From Octopus vulgaris (Eukaryota), in NCBI GenBank assembly GCA_951406725.2, contig OX597831.1, positions 53,816,001 to 53,880,000 of the forward strand: a stretch of 64,000 nt of DNA, written 5' to 3'. Of the stretch, positions 12,400-26,216 are shown piece by piece. Both the position numbers and the translations under genes were made by a program. The notes below the pieces were generated by a model that was given only the letters and a program-made list of their open reading frames with translations, did not search any database and was not told the origin of the DNA. The first letter of the stretch is position 1. Each line of letters starts with the position of its first letter.

Positions 12400-14260
12400 T
12401 ACATCATTATGTAATTTATATTAATGAATTTCATTTATATTCATGTATATATCAATGTGTATAATATAATTTATATTAATGTATATAATATAATTTATAT
12501 GATACAATTGTGTAATTTATAAATTAATACAGGTAAAAAGGCTTGCTCATCAGGTCAAAGAATATCATAATTACTTCACTTTTCTTTCATCAGCACAGTA
12601 CATATATGCAAATGCAGGTAGTTAAGATTAGAAATATTGACATATGGAAGACAATAAGTAATAAAATTATAACAATTTACTATAGAAGGGAAGAGGGATA
12701 TTTAGCAAGATATTAGTAAATAAACAGTGGATTATGGTGGTAGAAGTGAAGGTTATATATAGTATGATACAGATGGAAAAATTATATATTAGAAGTAAAA
12801 ATAATAGAGATAGAAAAAATGAAATTAGAGAAAGGTTTGCAGGTATTTTGTATATGAAATATAAGGGTCAATATTAACAAGATGAGAAATGAAAGTTTAA
12901 AAAAATGAAAGTAAAAAATTAGGATGAAACTGGACATACCCGCTATGACCCGTTGGGTGACAACCACTCTATGTTGAAAACGTCAAAGCATGGCAGGAAA
13001 GGAAAAAATACTATTTTAAACTTCATGCAATAAAATTCTTAAATAATACAGTTCTCCTGCCTTTGGTGTGACAAAATAAACAAGATAAAGTGTTTCTTGT
13101 TTGAAAACGTTCAAATGGCCTTCAACTTTTTTCCTTGCTTTCTTCTATGCCATTCTTTGTTACTACTGTTCCAAGTGAAATACATGGGTACTTCAACATA
13201 AAGTAATGTTTTTGGAAAGTCATCATTGATGCACAATGGAAAGAATTCTGTCAATGTTGTTCATTGACAGCCATATATATCCTCATTATATCTGAGCAAT
13301 ATTCTTTGCTCATCTGGTAGATGAACTTGCAGTCTCACTACTGCAAGTGCTCTTTCATGAATTAAAAATCCTAAAATGGATGTAATTGCTTCAGGTGGTC
13401 CGGTATAGCTATCCATTAGATACTGACTAATTTCATTATCATTGTTTATTTAAACAGCAGCTTGGTCATTTCCTTTCAGCGTGTACTTGATGATGTACTC
13501 AATTGACCTAACTGAGGCAACGATTTCAATATTGCAGTGACATTTGAATGCTCTTAAAAGAGTTTCATTACAAGGCACAACCCATTTGTTGTTTGTTTTT
13601 CCATTCTTATGAGATTCAATTCCGCCCATTGCAACTGATCTTCATCTATAAAAAGATAGTCTCACTCTCTCTGGTTTTCTGCTTTTTAATTAAGATGATA
13701 AAGATTAATATTTTATTTTAAATAAAATAGTAATTTTCCCCTTTAAGAAAAAAAAATATCCATGATTCAAAAATATTTCATGAAAGTATAGAAAAAATTT
13801 CTATCTTTCAAGTTCATAGCACTTGGAAAGTTGTATAAATGATTAAGGGAAGAAAAAAAAAGTAAGAAAAAAGGATGGACAACGATAATGTGACAACTCT
13901 TTGAAGTGTCGACATTTTCAATTTGATTTTTTTGTTTTCTTAAAGGGGGGAATAACTATTTTATTTGTAATCTTTATCACCTTAATCAAATAGCAGGAAA
14001 ACAGACAAACTTTGAGTTTTAGTATAATATAGATAAAGGAAGGCAGGACACAAGCAATATTAGTTTGTATTGATGATGGAAGACATTGAAATATATAAGT
14101 TATATTAATAAAACATAAAAAATAACATTGGTATGCATTAATGAAGATAGTGTTTAGAAATATGTAATTATTAGTATAATACAGTTAGATCTATAAAAAA
14201 ATGTACACATAAATATTTTATAGATATTGTTAGAATCTAAACTGAGTTGAAATTTAAATG
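12400..14260 (-). repeat. AT-rich dispersed repeat (probable PLE 3' region) split by a Helitron; paralog at 21630-22290(+)
   Basis: 12500-12923 plus 14040-14260 align in reverse complement with 21630-22270. Two CTGATGA-like motifs are shared between the copies. Confidence 0.7.
12930..14033 (-). mobile_element. Internally deleted Helitron with Rep-helicase pseudogene fragment
   Basis: 5' end A|TCTATATTATAC; 3' GC hairpin then CCAG|T. The minus strand at about 13600-13020 encodes NKWVVPCNETLLRAFKCHCNIEIVASVRSIEYIIKYTLKGND...IHERALAVVRLQVHLPDEQ...TLTEFF...LLYVEVPMYFTWN...GELYYLRILLHEV, typical of Helitron RepHel. Confidence 0.9.
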
Positions 14261-14397
14261 GTCAATATTATCTAAGGTAGTCAAATAGCCTATATAAACA
14301 GTGAAATATTTTTATCTGCAGGACAAATGATCATAACTATTCAGAAGTAAAATAATGGAGAGGAAGCTACAGAAAAATATATACATACATACATATA

Positions 14398-14431
<34 letters not shown>

Positions 14432-14436
14432 CATAC

Positions 14437-14508
<72 letters not shown>

Positions 14509-14614
14509 ATATATATGTATATATATGTATGTATGTATGTATGAAAATATTTATATATATATATATATATACATAAATAGATATGCATACATACATATGC
14601 ATATATATATTCAT

Positions 14615-15350
14615 ATAAAATCTAATCTAATAAGTAACAGGATGTCAGGTATTAATGCAATACAACCATTTTAGGTGGCTCCATTTAATCGAACAATGCA
14701 AGCATTACATCAATTTAAATACAGTGCCATCTTAGTTGCAAAAAAAATATATATATATATAAATTTTTAACAGACAAGATATATTAATATAATTTTTCTC
14801 AAATATCTTATCAGAGCTAGAGGATGAAAGAATTCCTGGTTGCCACTATAGCAGCAGAAATAATCTAAGAGAAAAAATAACTACAGTTTTGGAGTGGCAG
14901 GAATGGATCACAGCGAACGTCATGGGATTGTAATTCATTTCTAATTTTTATCTGTCTCCTCATCACCATCAAAAGATCTAATGCGTGTAGACAGCATTTC
15001 TTGTGAATTAAGAGCATTATGAGTTGACAGTTCAGAACAGGTTGCTAGTCATAAATAAATATTATTAGATGTTCCCTCAAATCTTAATTTCATATGGCTA
15101 TAAGTACCCCTTACTACATAAAGAAATAAACCTTTTACAACTGAAGATAGCACTATATTTAAATTGATGTAATGCGTGCATTGCTTGATTAAATGGAACC
15201 ACCTGAAACTGTTGTATTGCATTAATACTTGACATCCTGTTATTTTAATTCATTTTTTTTCACCTTACTTTAAGCTGTGCAGACAATAACGGACTGACTT
15301 GGTGCCTCAACTTAAGTACCTAATTCAATTGAATCTTAATTATTTCTAGA
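14615..15350 (+). mobile_element. Penelope-like fold-back element (family B) with hammerhead
   Basis: Arms at about 14634-14743 and 15134-15243, tail to 15350. Hammerhead 15136-15221: TACAA-CTGAAGA-57 nt-GAAAC-tgtt-GTA-TTGCA. A further partial copy lies at 8480-8670(-). Confidence 0.7.
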
Positions 15351-15401
15351 TATACATACATACATATATAAATAACTTATATATATATACATATATATAT
15401 A

Positions 15402-15677
15402 TTGATAAAACGGAAAGATAACAAAAGAAAGAAAGAGACCTCAATATTATGTAAATAGAGAAAATTTATCTATACAATAATATGTTACTTTACTCGGTAG
15501 TCAAGAAAAACTCTGAGTTTCAGATGCCGAAGTGGAAATCCACAACACCATCTCTTCGGTTATCTGGCTATTTTCCATAGCCAGATAACCGAAGAGATGG
15601 TGTTGTGGATTTCCACTTCGGCATCTGAAACTCAGAATTTTATCTTGACTACCGAGTAAAGTAACATATTATTGCAT

Positions 15678-15681
<4 letters not shown>
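15402..15681. mobile_element. Hairpin insertion in (TA)n with U4C-variant hammerhead
   Basis: Arms 15467-15570 and 15578-15681 with a 7-nt loop. Core TAGCCAGATAA-CCGAAGA-GATG...CATCt-GAAAC-TCAGA-RTT-TTATCTTGACTA. Confidence 0.75.
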
Positions 15682-15712
<31 letters not shown>

Positions 15713-16124
15713 CATACATACAGATACACATACACACATATATATGTATAGACATGTATATACATGGGTATAAATATATGTTGATATATTCCTACATACA
15801 TACATACATACATACATACATACACACATACATACATATACATATATATATATATATAAACAACTACACATATAGATACATATGCAAGCACAAATATACA
15901 CATATGCATACACGCATACATATACACACGTACTAATATAGAATAAAACATGAAACTACAAAAATCAATTAAGGCAGAGTTTAGAAATAATAAATAGTTT
16001 ATGATAATAATTACTATCAAAATCATACATACATATATATATATCTATATATTCACAAATACACATACATGTGTGTGTGTGTGTGTTTATAGATATGTAC
16101 ACACACACACATATATATATTTTT

Positions 16125-16510
16125 TTTCTTTTTTGGTTTTATATTGCATCTAGCCACCTTCGATATTTTATAATTTTCATATTACTATTTTGCTTAATCA
16201 TCCATTGATTCATATGGCAAATACTATATTCTGATAGGTAGGATTTAGTTTGACCATCAGCAATAGAGTGATCACTACTGATGAGCTTTAATTGCAAGTG
16301 AAACTATCTTGCTAGTATAATGACTTTGTTTGCCATAGGGTTGTTGTCTCCTCTGTCAGGACATAGACAATGTAATTTTGTGGCTATAATAGTCTTTGAC
16401 TCTTGTTTCTAGCAATTTAGGTGCTACTTTTCACCCTCAGTCACTATTAGTGACAATTGAATTGTTCCTTTTTGGTTTTATATTGTGTCTAGCCACCTTC
16501 ATTATTTTAT
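16125..16510 (+). mobile_element. Retrozyme/pLTR-like monomer with terminal direct repeat
   Basis: Direct repeat of about 40 nt (TTTTGGTTTTATATTGYRTCTAGCCACCTTC) at about 16125 and 16464, period 339 nt, enclosing a hammerhead and flanked by microsatellite. Confidence 0.7.
16272..16323 (+). ncRNA. Type I hammerhead ribozyme
   Basis: TCACTA-CTGATGA-GCTTtaattgcAAGT-GAAAC-TAtcttgcTA-GTA-TAATGA; canonical core with all three stems present. Confidence 0.8.
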
Positions 16511-16554
16511 ATGTATATATATACGACAGGCTTTGGTTGGCCCAAGGCTATAGT

Positions 16555-16955
16555 AGAAGTGGCTGTGTGGTAAGTAGCTTGGTAACCAACCACATGGTTC
16601 CGGGTTCAGTCCCACTGCATGGCATCTTGGGCAAGTGTCTTCTGCTATAGCCCCAGGCCGACCAATGCCTTGTGAGTGGATTTGGTAGACGGAAACTGAA
16701 AGAAGCCTGTCGTATATATGTATATATATATGTGTGTCTGTGTCTGTGTTTGTCCCCCTAGCATTGCTTGATAACCGATGCTGGTGTGTTTATGTCCCCG
16801 TCACTTAGCGGTTCGGCAAAAAAGAGACCGATAGAATAAGTACTGGGCTTACAAAAGAATAAGTCCCGGGGTCGATTTGCTCGACTAAAGGCGGTGCTCC
16901 AGCATGGCCGCAGTCAAATGACTGAAACAAGTAAAAGAATAAAAGAAAAGAAAGA
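16555..16955 (+). mobile_element. tRNA-derived SINE family 1 (best-preserved copy)
   Basis: Retains CpGs and A/B-box-like motifs. Other copies at 17124-17863, 24760-24950(-), 26918-27352(-), 32288-32450(-), 35895-36040(-), 45218-45360, 46032-46250(-), 48745-49070, 49103-49256(-) and 58632-59128(-). Confidence 0.9.
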
Positions 16956-17037
16956 AAGAATATATATATACACACACACACATGTATATACATATATATA
17001 TATATATATGTATATGTAATATATATATATATATATG

Positions 17038-17069
<32 letters not shown>

Positions 17070-17234
17070 TGTATGTGTGTGCATGTGTGTGTGTATATAT
17101 ACATGTATTTATATGTATATATCTGGTTCAGTCCCACTGTGTGGCACCTTGAGCAAGTGTCTTCTACTATAGCCTTGGGCCAACCAAAGCCTCGTGAGTG
17201 GATTTGGTAGATGGAAACTGAAAGAAGCCTGTTG

Positions 17235-17326
<92 letters not shown>

Positions 17327-18926
17327 AATGGAATACAAAACAATAAATTGAACAATTATAAGTTCAATTCAATTTAAATATTTTATACAATCAAATGACA
17401 CATCTCATAAATTACAGCTCTTTCCATTCCATTAATAAAACGAAGTTTTTCAAGAATAATCAAATCCATTTAAATATGTAATGATGCTCCATTAGATAGA
17501 CATATCTGCTTAAATATTTGACGAAATATTGGTATTACATTGTTATTGATATGAACCAGTATAAACCAATATAAACAGTAAATTCTTCAGATATTTAATA
17601 TCCCTTAGGAGAATTCTACACCTAGCTAAATTGTTATGTATGTGTGTGTGTGTGTGTGTGAGTGTGTTTGTGTGTCTTTGTTTGTTCCCCTGACATCACT
17701 TCACAACCAATGCTGGTGTGTTTACATCCCCATAACTTAGCTGTTCGGCAAAAGACTGATAGAATAAGTACTAAGCTTACAAAGAATATGTCCAGAGGTT
17801 GATTTGCTCGACTAAACGCGGTGCTCCAGCATGGCTACAAATGACTGAAACATGTAAAAGAATATACATATACACACACACATACATACATATAAATATG
17901 TCATGGTGGTAATAGATGGCATGGATTTTGTGTATCAGAAGCATGCCATATTAATGAAATTAGTAAAACTAAATCAATTATGATTAATCAACATGATGAA
18001 CTAATTATAAGGTGCCAACATTTTAAATACAAATCTTTTCTACACTATAAACATATATAGCATTATACCTGTCATTATAACTATACTTAGCAAATTATAA
18101 ACCTAGTTTTAATACTCAGTATACATTTAATATGTTTTACTAAGCATATCATTATATCTTGATCAAAATCTTCCATACCTTAACCCAGCACTGTTTAACT
18201 AACTTGATAATTATTATATTTGAATTTAAACACTCAACTACTTCTCAAAAAATTCCCATTTCTTTAAATGAAATTCTTATATTTGTTGAATATCATATCT
18301 ACAATTTATAATATACTAAATATTTTTTTCATATCAGTAAATTTACTACCCTATATTCATAGCACTACTCTCTATATCTAAACCTTCTTAACTTTGAATA
18401 GTTTTCTACTTATACCTAGATATTTACAACTTGAGTAATATATATTAATTATTATCTTTAATATAGATGGCAAATTTAAACTGATGGAAGTGTTTACATA
18501 ATTGTATGTATTTTTGTGTAATCATTGGTATACTTATATGTAAATGCTTATAGTGAATGCTTGTTTATTTATTTATGTATTTATTTTCTTGTGTCTATAT
18601 GTGTGTGCTTATGTGTATGTATTTATGTATATATATGTATATATATGTACACACGTACACACACACAGATATACGCGCGCGCACACACACACACACACAC
18701 GAGATTTATAGATATATATATTTCTATTTACATACAAATATTTATATATATTTGTACTGGTTGTGTATGTATATTATCTAATATGTAGTCATATAAATCT
18801 ATATGACAATGTATGGTTTCAATAATAATAATTAATATAAACTATTTATTACTTTTAAACTCCCTTTAATTGACTTATGCGGATTCACGTTTTGCTCTAT
18901 ATCAGTAGGTGTGTATATGTATCCTG

Positions 18927-18976
<50 letters not shown>

Positions 18977-18991
18977 TTGTGCTTGCATAAG

Positions 18992-19225
18992 TGTACTGAT
19001 GTATATTCTTGTATATTTATATATGTATATATATATCTATATTTGTGTATTTAGTAAATGTAGGATGTATATTCTTGTGTACTGATGTATATTCTTGTAT
19101 ATTTACATATGTATATAACTATATTTGTATATTTAGTAAATGTATGATGTATATTCTTGTGTACTGAGGAATATTCTTGTATATTTACATATGTATATAT
19201 CTATATTTGTGTATTTAGTAAATGT
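18992..19225. repeat. Minisatellite, about 83-bp unit x3
   Basis: Units beginning GTGTACTGA...TATTCTTGTATATTTA...TATTTAGTAAATGTA at about 18992, 19077 and 19159. Confidence 0.8.
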
Positions 19226-19307
19226 ATGCATATGTGTCTATATGTGTAGTTGTTTATACATAAATATATATATGTGCGTGTGCATGAATATATATATATA
19301 TAAATGT

Positions 19308-19352
<45 letters not shown>

Positions 19353-20615
19353 CGAGGGGCGTTCAATAAGTAATGCCCCTGACCCACTTCCCATAGAAGT
19401 AGAGCAACGACACTTGGCACAGTTATTAGTCTTTTCCTACATAGGAACTACCCAGAGTTATGCATTTCTCCCATCGTTTGATACAGCTCTGGAGACCGTT
19501 TTTGTAGAAGACCCCAGCTTGGTCCTCCAACCACGACGTGACTTCAGAAATCAAGGCTGCATCATCTGGGAAACGCTTTCCTTTCAAAATCAACTTCATG
19601 GCTGGGAAGAGGTGAAAGTCAGAGGGTGCAAGGGGAGGAGTTCATAGCTGCACGCCTGTGCTTCTGATCTGGCGACACGCGAGTTGTGGACCGGAGCGTT
19701 GTCCTACAGGAGGAGGATGCCTTTGATGATCTTGCCCCGCCTCTTGATTTAGATAGCTTCTCTTAATTTCCTCAAAAGTGAAGCATAATAGGCTCCTGTA
19801 ATTGTGGTACTCTTTGCCAGGAAATCTGTCATCACTACTCTGTCCTGGTCCCAGAAGACTGTGAGCATAACCTTGTCAGCGGAGGGCTGCACCCTTGCCT
19901 TCTTTGGAGGAGGTGAGTCACGGTGCTTTCACTGCATTGACTGGGCTTTGGTCTATGGATCATAGTGATGGACCTAGGTTTTATCCTGTGTGATCAGTCT
20001 TTTGAAAAATTTTGACTCATCTTCTTGGCACATCTCCAAATTCATCCTCGAGCACTCAACACGTTCTTGCTTCTGGAAAGGTGTGAGCAACCTGGAAATC
20101 CATCTGGTAGACACCTTTTGCATATGCAAATGGTCATGAATGATAGTTTCCACAGACCCGGTACTAATCTTGACCTTATGGGCTATTTGGCGAATAGTTA
20201 TGCGTTGACCTTCCAAAATGGCAGCCTCAACTTGACGGACAGATGCCTCATCAATAGCAGAAGGGGGCGACCAGATCTGGGAGCTGTTTCCACAGAGTTC
20301 CGACTATGTTTGAATTCACAATGCCAGCGTTTTACAAGGTCATATGATGGGGCATCATCACCATAAGTTACTTTCATTTCATCAAAAGTCTCCCGTGGTG
20401 TGCGTCCTTTCAAATACAAAAACCAGATCACTGCTCGACACTCAACAGGCTCCATTTCCCACTTGACTCAATTCAAACACCTGTAAATCAGAAACCACAA
20501 TTAGTTCAGAGCTGTAATTCGCCACTTAATCTATAGAGGTATAAATAAGGGCACATTTCAGCTAGATCAAACAACTGCAAGTGGGTCAGGGGCATTACTT
20601 ATTGAACGCCCCTCG
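19353..20615 (-). mobile_element. Full-length defective mariner (DD34D-type) transposon
   Basis: Perfect 37-bp TIRs CGAGGGGCGTTCAATAAGTAATGCCCCTGACCCACTT; TA on the left; inserted in (TA)n. Confidence 0.95.
19427..20455 (-). pseudogene. Mariner transposase pseudogene
   Basis: MEPVECRAVIWFL...RSGRP, frameshift, RWISRLLT, ITQDKT*VHHYDP, LL*DNAPVH, LAPSDFHLF; contains stops and a deletion of the HPPYSPD motif. Confidence 0.92.
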
Positions 20616-20617
20616 TT

Positions 20618-20685
<68 letters not shown>

Positions 20686-20853
20686 TATATATACACACAG
20701 TAGAACCTAGGTTTTCAAACAACTCTGATCATGAATAAATTGTACTTTATCTCCAGTCCTTCTTATATTCATTTAATACAGCAGTACCTCAGTTTACAAA
20801 CACCTCTGATCACAAATAAATTGTGCTTTATATATAGATATATATAAACTATC

Positions 20854-21163
<310 letters not shown>

Positions 21164-21201
21164 TATATATATATATATATATCTATATATATATATATAT
21201 A

Positions 21202-21403
21202 GTTAATCCAAACAAGAAAACACAAAAAACACAAAAAACACAACAACACGAGGACGTGGAGCAAATATAGTATTATTGGACGCTCAGGAAAGAAGGAAAG
21301 AAGGAGGGTTTAACGTTTCGAGTGGAGCTCTTTGTCGGAAACATAGGAGAAGGAAAAATCCAGAGAAGGGAAGACAGAGGAAAAAAATCGCCAACGGTAC
21401 ACA
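21202..21403 (-). mobile_element. Minimal-hammerhead PLE fragment (family C) in (TA)n
   Basis: Same sequence as 23967-24180 and 28472-28552. Core CCGACAA-AGAGCTCCACTC-GAAAC-GTT-AAAC. Confidence 0.7.
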
Positions 21404-22123
21404 GTGTGTGTGTGTGTATAAAGCACAATTTATTCATGATCAGAGTTGTTCGAAAACCTAGGTACTACTGTATATATATATATACACACACACACACACA
21501 TACTTTTCTATTGCCTTTTTCTCCATTGTTTTACTTCTTAATAATTACGATCATTTACCCCCCCCTCCCCCAAGATACAAATATTTGACTGTTTATATAG
21601 TCTTCTTGACCACCCAGAATATAATGGCTGTTTAAATTTTAGCTCAGTGTAGACTAACAATATTTATAAAATATTTATATGTACATTTTTATTATTTCAA
21701 TAATACATATTCCTAAACACTGCCTTAATTAAGGCCTAGCAATATCATTTTTTATTTTCTGTATTTAACTTAAATATTTCAATATCTTCCATTTGTAATA
21801 CTAACTACTATTACTCATGTCTTGCCTTTCAACCTAATTTTTTACTTTCATTTCTTTTTATTTTCAATTTATCTTTCATCTTGTTCGTATTTATGCCTAT
21901 ATTTCATAAACAAAATATCTGCAAACCTTCTAAGTTATTAATGATAAATATATCATTTTTCCATCTATATCATACTGTATATAACCTTTTCTTCCAATAC
22001 TGTAATCCACTGTTCACTTTTTAGTATCTTGCTAAATCTCCCACCTCCCTTCTATAGTAATTCATTTTATTAATTTTATTACTTATTGTCTTCCATATAT
22101 CAACATTTCAAATGTTGACTCTC

Positions 22124-22160
<37 letters not shown>

Positions 22161-23039
22161 TGTGTTGATGAAAGAAAAGTAAAAAACTATGATATTCTTT
22201 GACCTGATGAGCAAGCCTTTTCACCTGTGTTAATTTTTATATTACACAACTGTATTATATAATTTATATTATATACGTTGATGCAGGCATGTAAAATAAT
22301 TTATTTATTTATTTATTCATTTACTTCTTATGTGCTAAAATAAATTGATTTTATATGATAAAGGCTGCAAAATGATGATAGTTGTATGGATATCAATTGA
22401 TGAAATAAATTTTTTCATATTATACCTCCTCTCTTTCATTATGTTTTATACACTCCCAATGAAATAATCATTACCCATTGGATTTATTCGATCTCAGCTG
22501 CATCAGACTATACATTATACCCCTTTGTTTTGGTTTACTAAGTGGTTTGTAGCCTGATCTGTTAAAGGAACGTTTTTTTTTTGGGGGGGGGGTATGAGTA
22601 CCCAGTGAATTAGTTATATCCATGTAGCAAAATGTGATGTTGTTGATGATTCAATGTATGATGTCGGGTGTAGTAGATGAAGATGGGTGTGTTGGACTGA
22701 CATCAAAGGAAAACAAATGAAGAAGAATAGATATGGAGTTATCATAATTTATTTGGTTAACAGTTGCAGTTACGTGTTGGATACAGAAAGCTTGATGTGA
22801 AATATGAACAAATCTGCCACTACATAAAGTTATCAACTACTTTGAGTTGATGAAGTAAAAATGGAGGGGACAAGATAGAACAGAGCCATATTTTGTGTCT
22901 GTGTCTGTATTTGTCATTTGGTCATGCTGTGTTGTTTTTCTTGGCACATATGAATGACGAAGCCACCTTGAGCATGATCCTATGAACCGTAAAAATTTAA
23001 AACAGAGAGTTACTTATTTGTAAATAAATATGTTAATAT

Positions 23040-23308
23040 ATGACATTATTGCCCGAGGTTACTGTGGTCTTCTCGTAGGTTTTTCTTTCCACAGATAAAC
23101 CTCCCCATTTCTTGGGAACTTTTTGTACCATTTTGGCTTTTTTTTGCATATATCCCCAACGATTTCGATCCCTTTTGATCATTGTCCCTTTTTTTAATTT
23201 CTTTTTTATTTTATGTTATTTTATTTTATTTTTGCCCCCCTCGAAAAGAAAAACTCTACATTGTAATTGTCCCCTCTGTGTCTAGCCCTGTGTGGCCAAT
23301 AAAGAAAG
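23040..23308 (+). mobile_element. 3' end of Tx1/L1-type LINE
   Basis: Homologous to the 3' UTR at 30068-30324 (TTATTGCCC.AGG.TACTGTGG ... GAAAAG...CTCTAC...CCCCTCTGTG...GGCCAATAAAGAAA). Confidence 0.75.
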
Positions 23309-23659
23309 TTATCATGTCTCTTCATGTCTGCAACTGCAACTGACTTGTGTCGCTGGTCACTGTTTGCTCATCTCCTGCTATCTGGCTCTCTATCTTGATC
23401 ATGATGCTGCCTGTCTGCTTGTTATCTATCTGGCTCACTGGCATGCATCTAAGGAAACTGCATTTATAATGGTCATCCTAGCTAGAAGGATGGATATAAC
23501 ATAGTTTATACTTATTTGGGTTATTTGTTGTCCATCTGAACTCTCCCTGACACAGTGTAGGTCAGAGGTTGACTGAAAACTCATCCATCACTTCTGACAG
23601 GACAAAGAGATTTTTCATGCCTGGTCAATGAATAGCGGTGGATCATGTGAGCGGGAATC

Positions 23660-23945
23660 CTTAGATTTGGTTTTGAATCTCAACACAGAAAATAAAATGT
23701 AGCTTTCACATATATATAAAATCAAAATTAAAATCAGAAACAGAAAAAACAACAAAAGTGAAAAGGACACACACAGTGAATATATTAGGCTGACACTCAG
23801 AGAAAGTTTAAGATAGGAAAAAAGAAGAGGTGTGATGTTTTGAGCATGGCTCTTCATCAGAAAAAAGAAAGAGAAAAAGTTCAGAGATAAGGTAAGAAAG
23901 TCTGAGAAAAACACCTGTTGTGACATACCTGAAGTAACTGGAATT
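23660..23945 (-). mobile_element. Degenerate minimal-hammerhead PLE fragment
   Basis: Minus strand 23864-23830 reads TTTT-CTGATGA-AGAGCcatGCTC-AAAAC-ATC, a CpG-decayed form of GAAAC-GTC. Confidence 0.55.
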
Positions 23946-24068
23946 TATATAAATATATATATATATAGTTAATCCAAACATGAAAACACAAAGAGAAAAC
24001 ACAACAACGCGAGGACGTGGAACAAATATAGTATTATTGGATGCTCAGGAAGGAAGGGAAGAAGGAGG

Positions 24069-24103
24069 GTTTAACGTTTCGAGCGGAGCTCTTCGTCAGA
24101 AAC
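24069..24103 (-). ncRNA. Minimal (dimer-type) hammerhead, family C, in element 23967-24180
   Basis: GTTT-CTGACGA-AGAGCtccGCTC-GAAAC-GTT-AAAC; stem III is reduced to the palindrome ACGT. Confidence 0.75.
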
Positions 24104-24191
24104 ATAGGAAAAGGAAAGATCCAGAGAAGGGAAGATGGAGGAAAAAAAATCGCCAAAGGTACACACGCGGTCACATTTTGTGTGTGTATAT

Positions 24192-24222
<31 letters not shown>

Positions 24223-24234
24223 TTAGTCTGTGAG

Positions 24235-24298
<64 letters not shown>

Positions 24299-25251
24299 GT
24301 ATGTATGTATGTATATAATATGTATTATATATATACATATATACATACATAATGTATATATGTGTGTGCATGTTTGTGTCCCATTCTCTTGACATCACCT
24401 AATTGTTCTAAATGAATATCATTCATTTCCAATAGCCTATGAAAATATGTCTGAAAAACACCAAAGAGTGAATGTTATCATGACGTTGAGGATGGCACTG
24501 ACATCAACAATGGACACCAAAAATGATGATGATGATGATGACAACGACACTAATGCTGCTGCTGCTGACAATGACTGTGTCAATTCCTCCTCAGAAGGCA
24601 AAACGAATAATTAAATAAATGCTAACCAAAGTTGAGCTAAATGAGTAATTCAGTTTTGATTCCTACCTAAAGATATTTCACTCTGCTTATGTTACTAATT
24701 CTCTGGAGAAATGTATAAACCTTACAGCTTACCATTCCACCTTCTCCAAAAGCTCCCTTATCTCTTTTATTTGCTTCAGTCATAGGACCCAGGCCACACT
24801 GGAGCACAGCCTTGTAGAGTTTGTCAAACAAATTGAGTCCACTACTTATTTTAAGTCTGGTACTTATTCCATCAGTCTCTTTTACTGTTACAGAGACATA
24901 AAGAAACCAAAGCCAACTGTCAAGTAGTGAGAAGAAAAATGCAAAGAGAAAGACACATATACTCACTACACATACTTACATACATACATATGTATATATT
25001 TTAAGAAATATTTTCTTGAATTAGAAATTATTAATCATCTAAAAAAAAATTTTAAGTAAGGGAGTTTGAAAAGCTGTAAAAAGTGAAAGCACTTAAAGTG
25101 AAACAAAAACTTCCATCCAAAAGGAGTGAGCTATTCTGTTTTAAAAAAACTTTTTCATATAATTTTCAATATTTAATTTAAGAAATTTTTATTCAGATAT
25201 TATGACTATCAAGAAATGTTTGCAGAATTATTTTTCAAAGATATGTGAGTT

Positions 25252-25302
<51 letters not shown>

Positions 25303-25676
25303 AGAGAGAGAGAGAGGGGGAGGGAGAAAGGGAGAGAAATATGCTTAAATATATATTCTATATGTATTATATATGTGTATATCTATCTATATATATATAT
25401 ATATATACATGTATATATATGTATATATATATTATTAAAAAAAAAATATATATATATACATATTTATACACACACACACATATATATACATATATATACA
25501 TATATATTTATAATATATATATATACACACATACACACACAACACACACACACATATATGTATATGTATATAAACATATGTTTTTATATATTATGTATAT
25601 CATATACACTTCATATATATATTATATATTTTATATATATATCTTATATATTATTGTATATATATATATATATATA

Positions 25677-25890
25677 GGGGAGAATTCACAAAAAAACAAA
25701 AGATGAAGACAGGTGATGTAGATAACAAACAGATGTATTAGATTAACACTTGGGAAGTGAAAATGTCTAATGTCTCGAGTCTATGCTCTTCCACAGAAAG
25801 GAATACAAGGAGAAAGAAACAAGGAGAGAAAATAAAGAATGTTTAGTAGCTAGCGATCTATCATGGCAAATGCCGGACAGAGGGGTCACA
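25677..25890 (-). mobile_element. PLE-type fragment (family D) in (TA)n; second copy at 38957-39102(+)
   Basis: Reverse-complement match to 38957-39102; carries a CTGTGGA core variant. Confidence 0.65.
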
Positions 25891-25914
25891 TATGTATGTA
25901 TATATATGTATGTA

Positions 25915-25965
<51 letters not shown>

Positions 25966-25982
25966 AGCTTCTACACAACAGC

Positions 25983-26216
25983 TTCTTATTTCTTTACAGC
26001 CCACAAGGGGCTACACACAGAGGAGACAAACAAGGACAGACAAACGGATTAAGTCGATTATATCGATCCCAGTGTGTAACTGGTACTTATATAATCGACC
26101 CCAAAAGGATGAAAGGCAAACTTGACCTCAGTGGAATTTGAACTCAAAATGTAGTGGCAGATGAAATACCGCTAGGCATTTTGGCCGCCGTGCTAACGTT
26201 TCTACCAGCTCCCTGC
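25983..26216 (-). mobile_element. tRNA-derived SINE family 2 with Tx1-like 3' tail
   Basis: Head GAGCTGGTAGAAACGTTAGC; tail TCTCCTCTGTGTGTAGCCCCTTGTGGGCTGTAAAGAAATAAG. Confidence 0.8.

Noticed and set aside
18992-19225. CRISPR-like periodicity
   Set aside because: Plain tandem minisatellite without unique spacers, in eukaryotic DNA.
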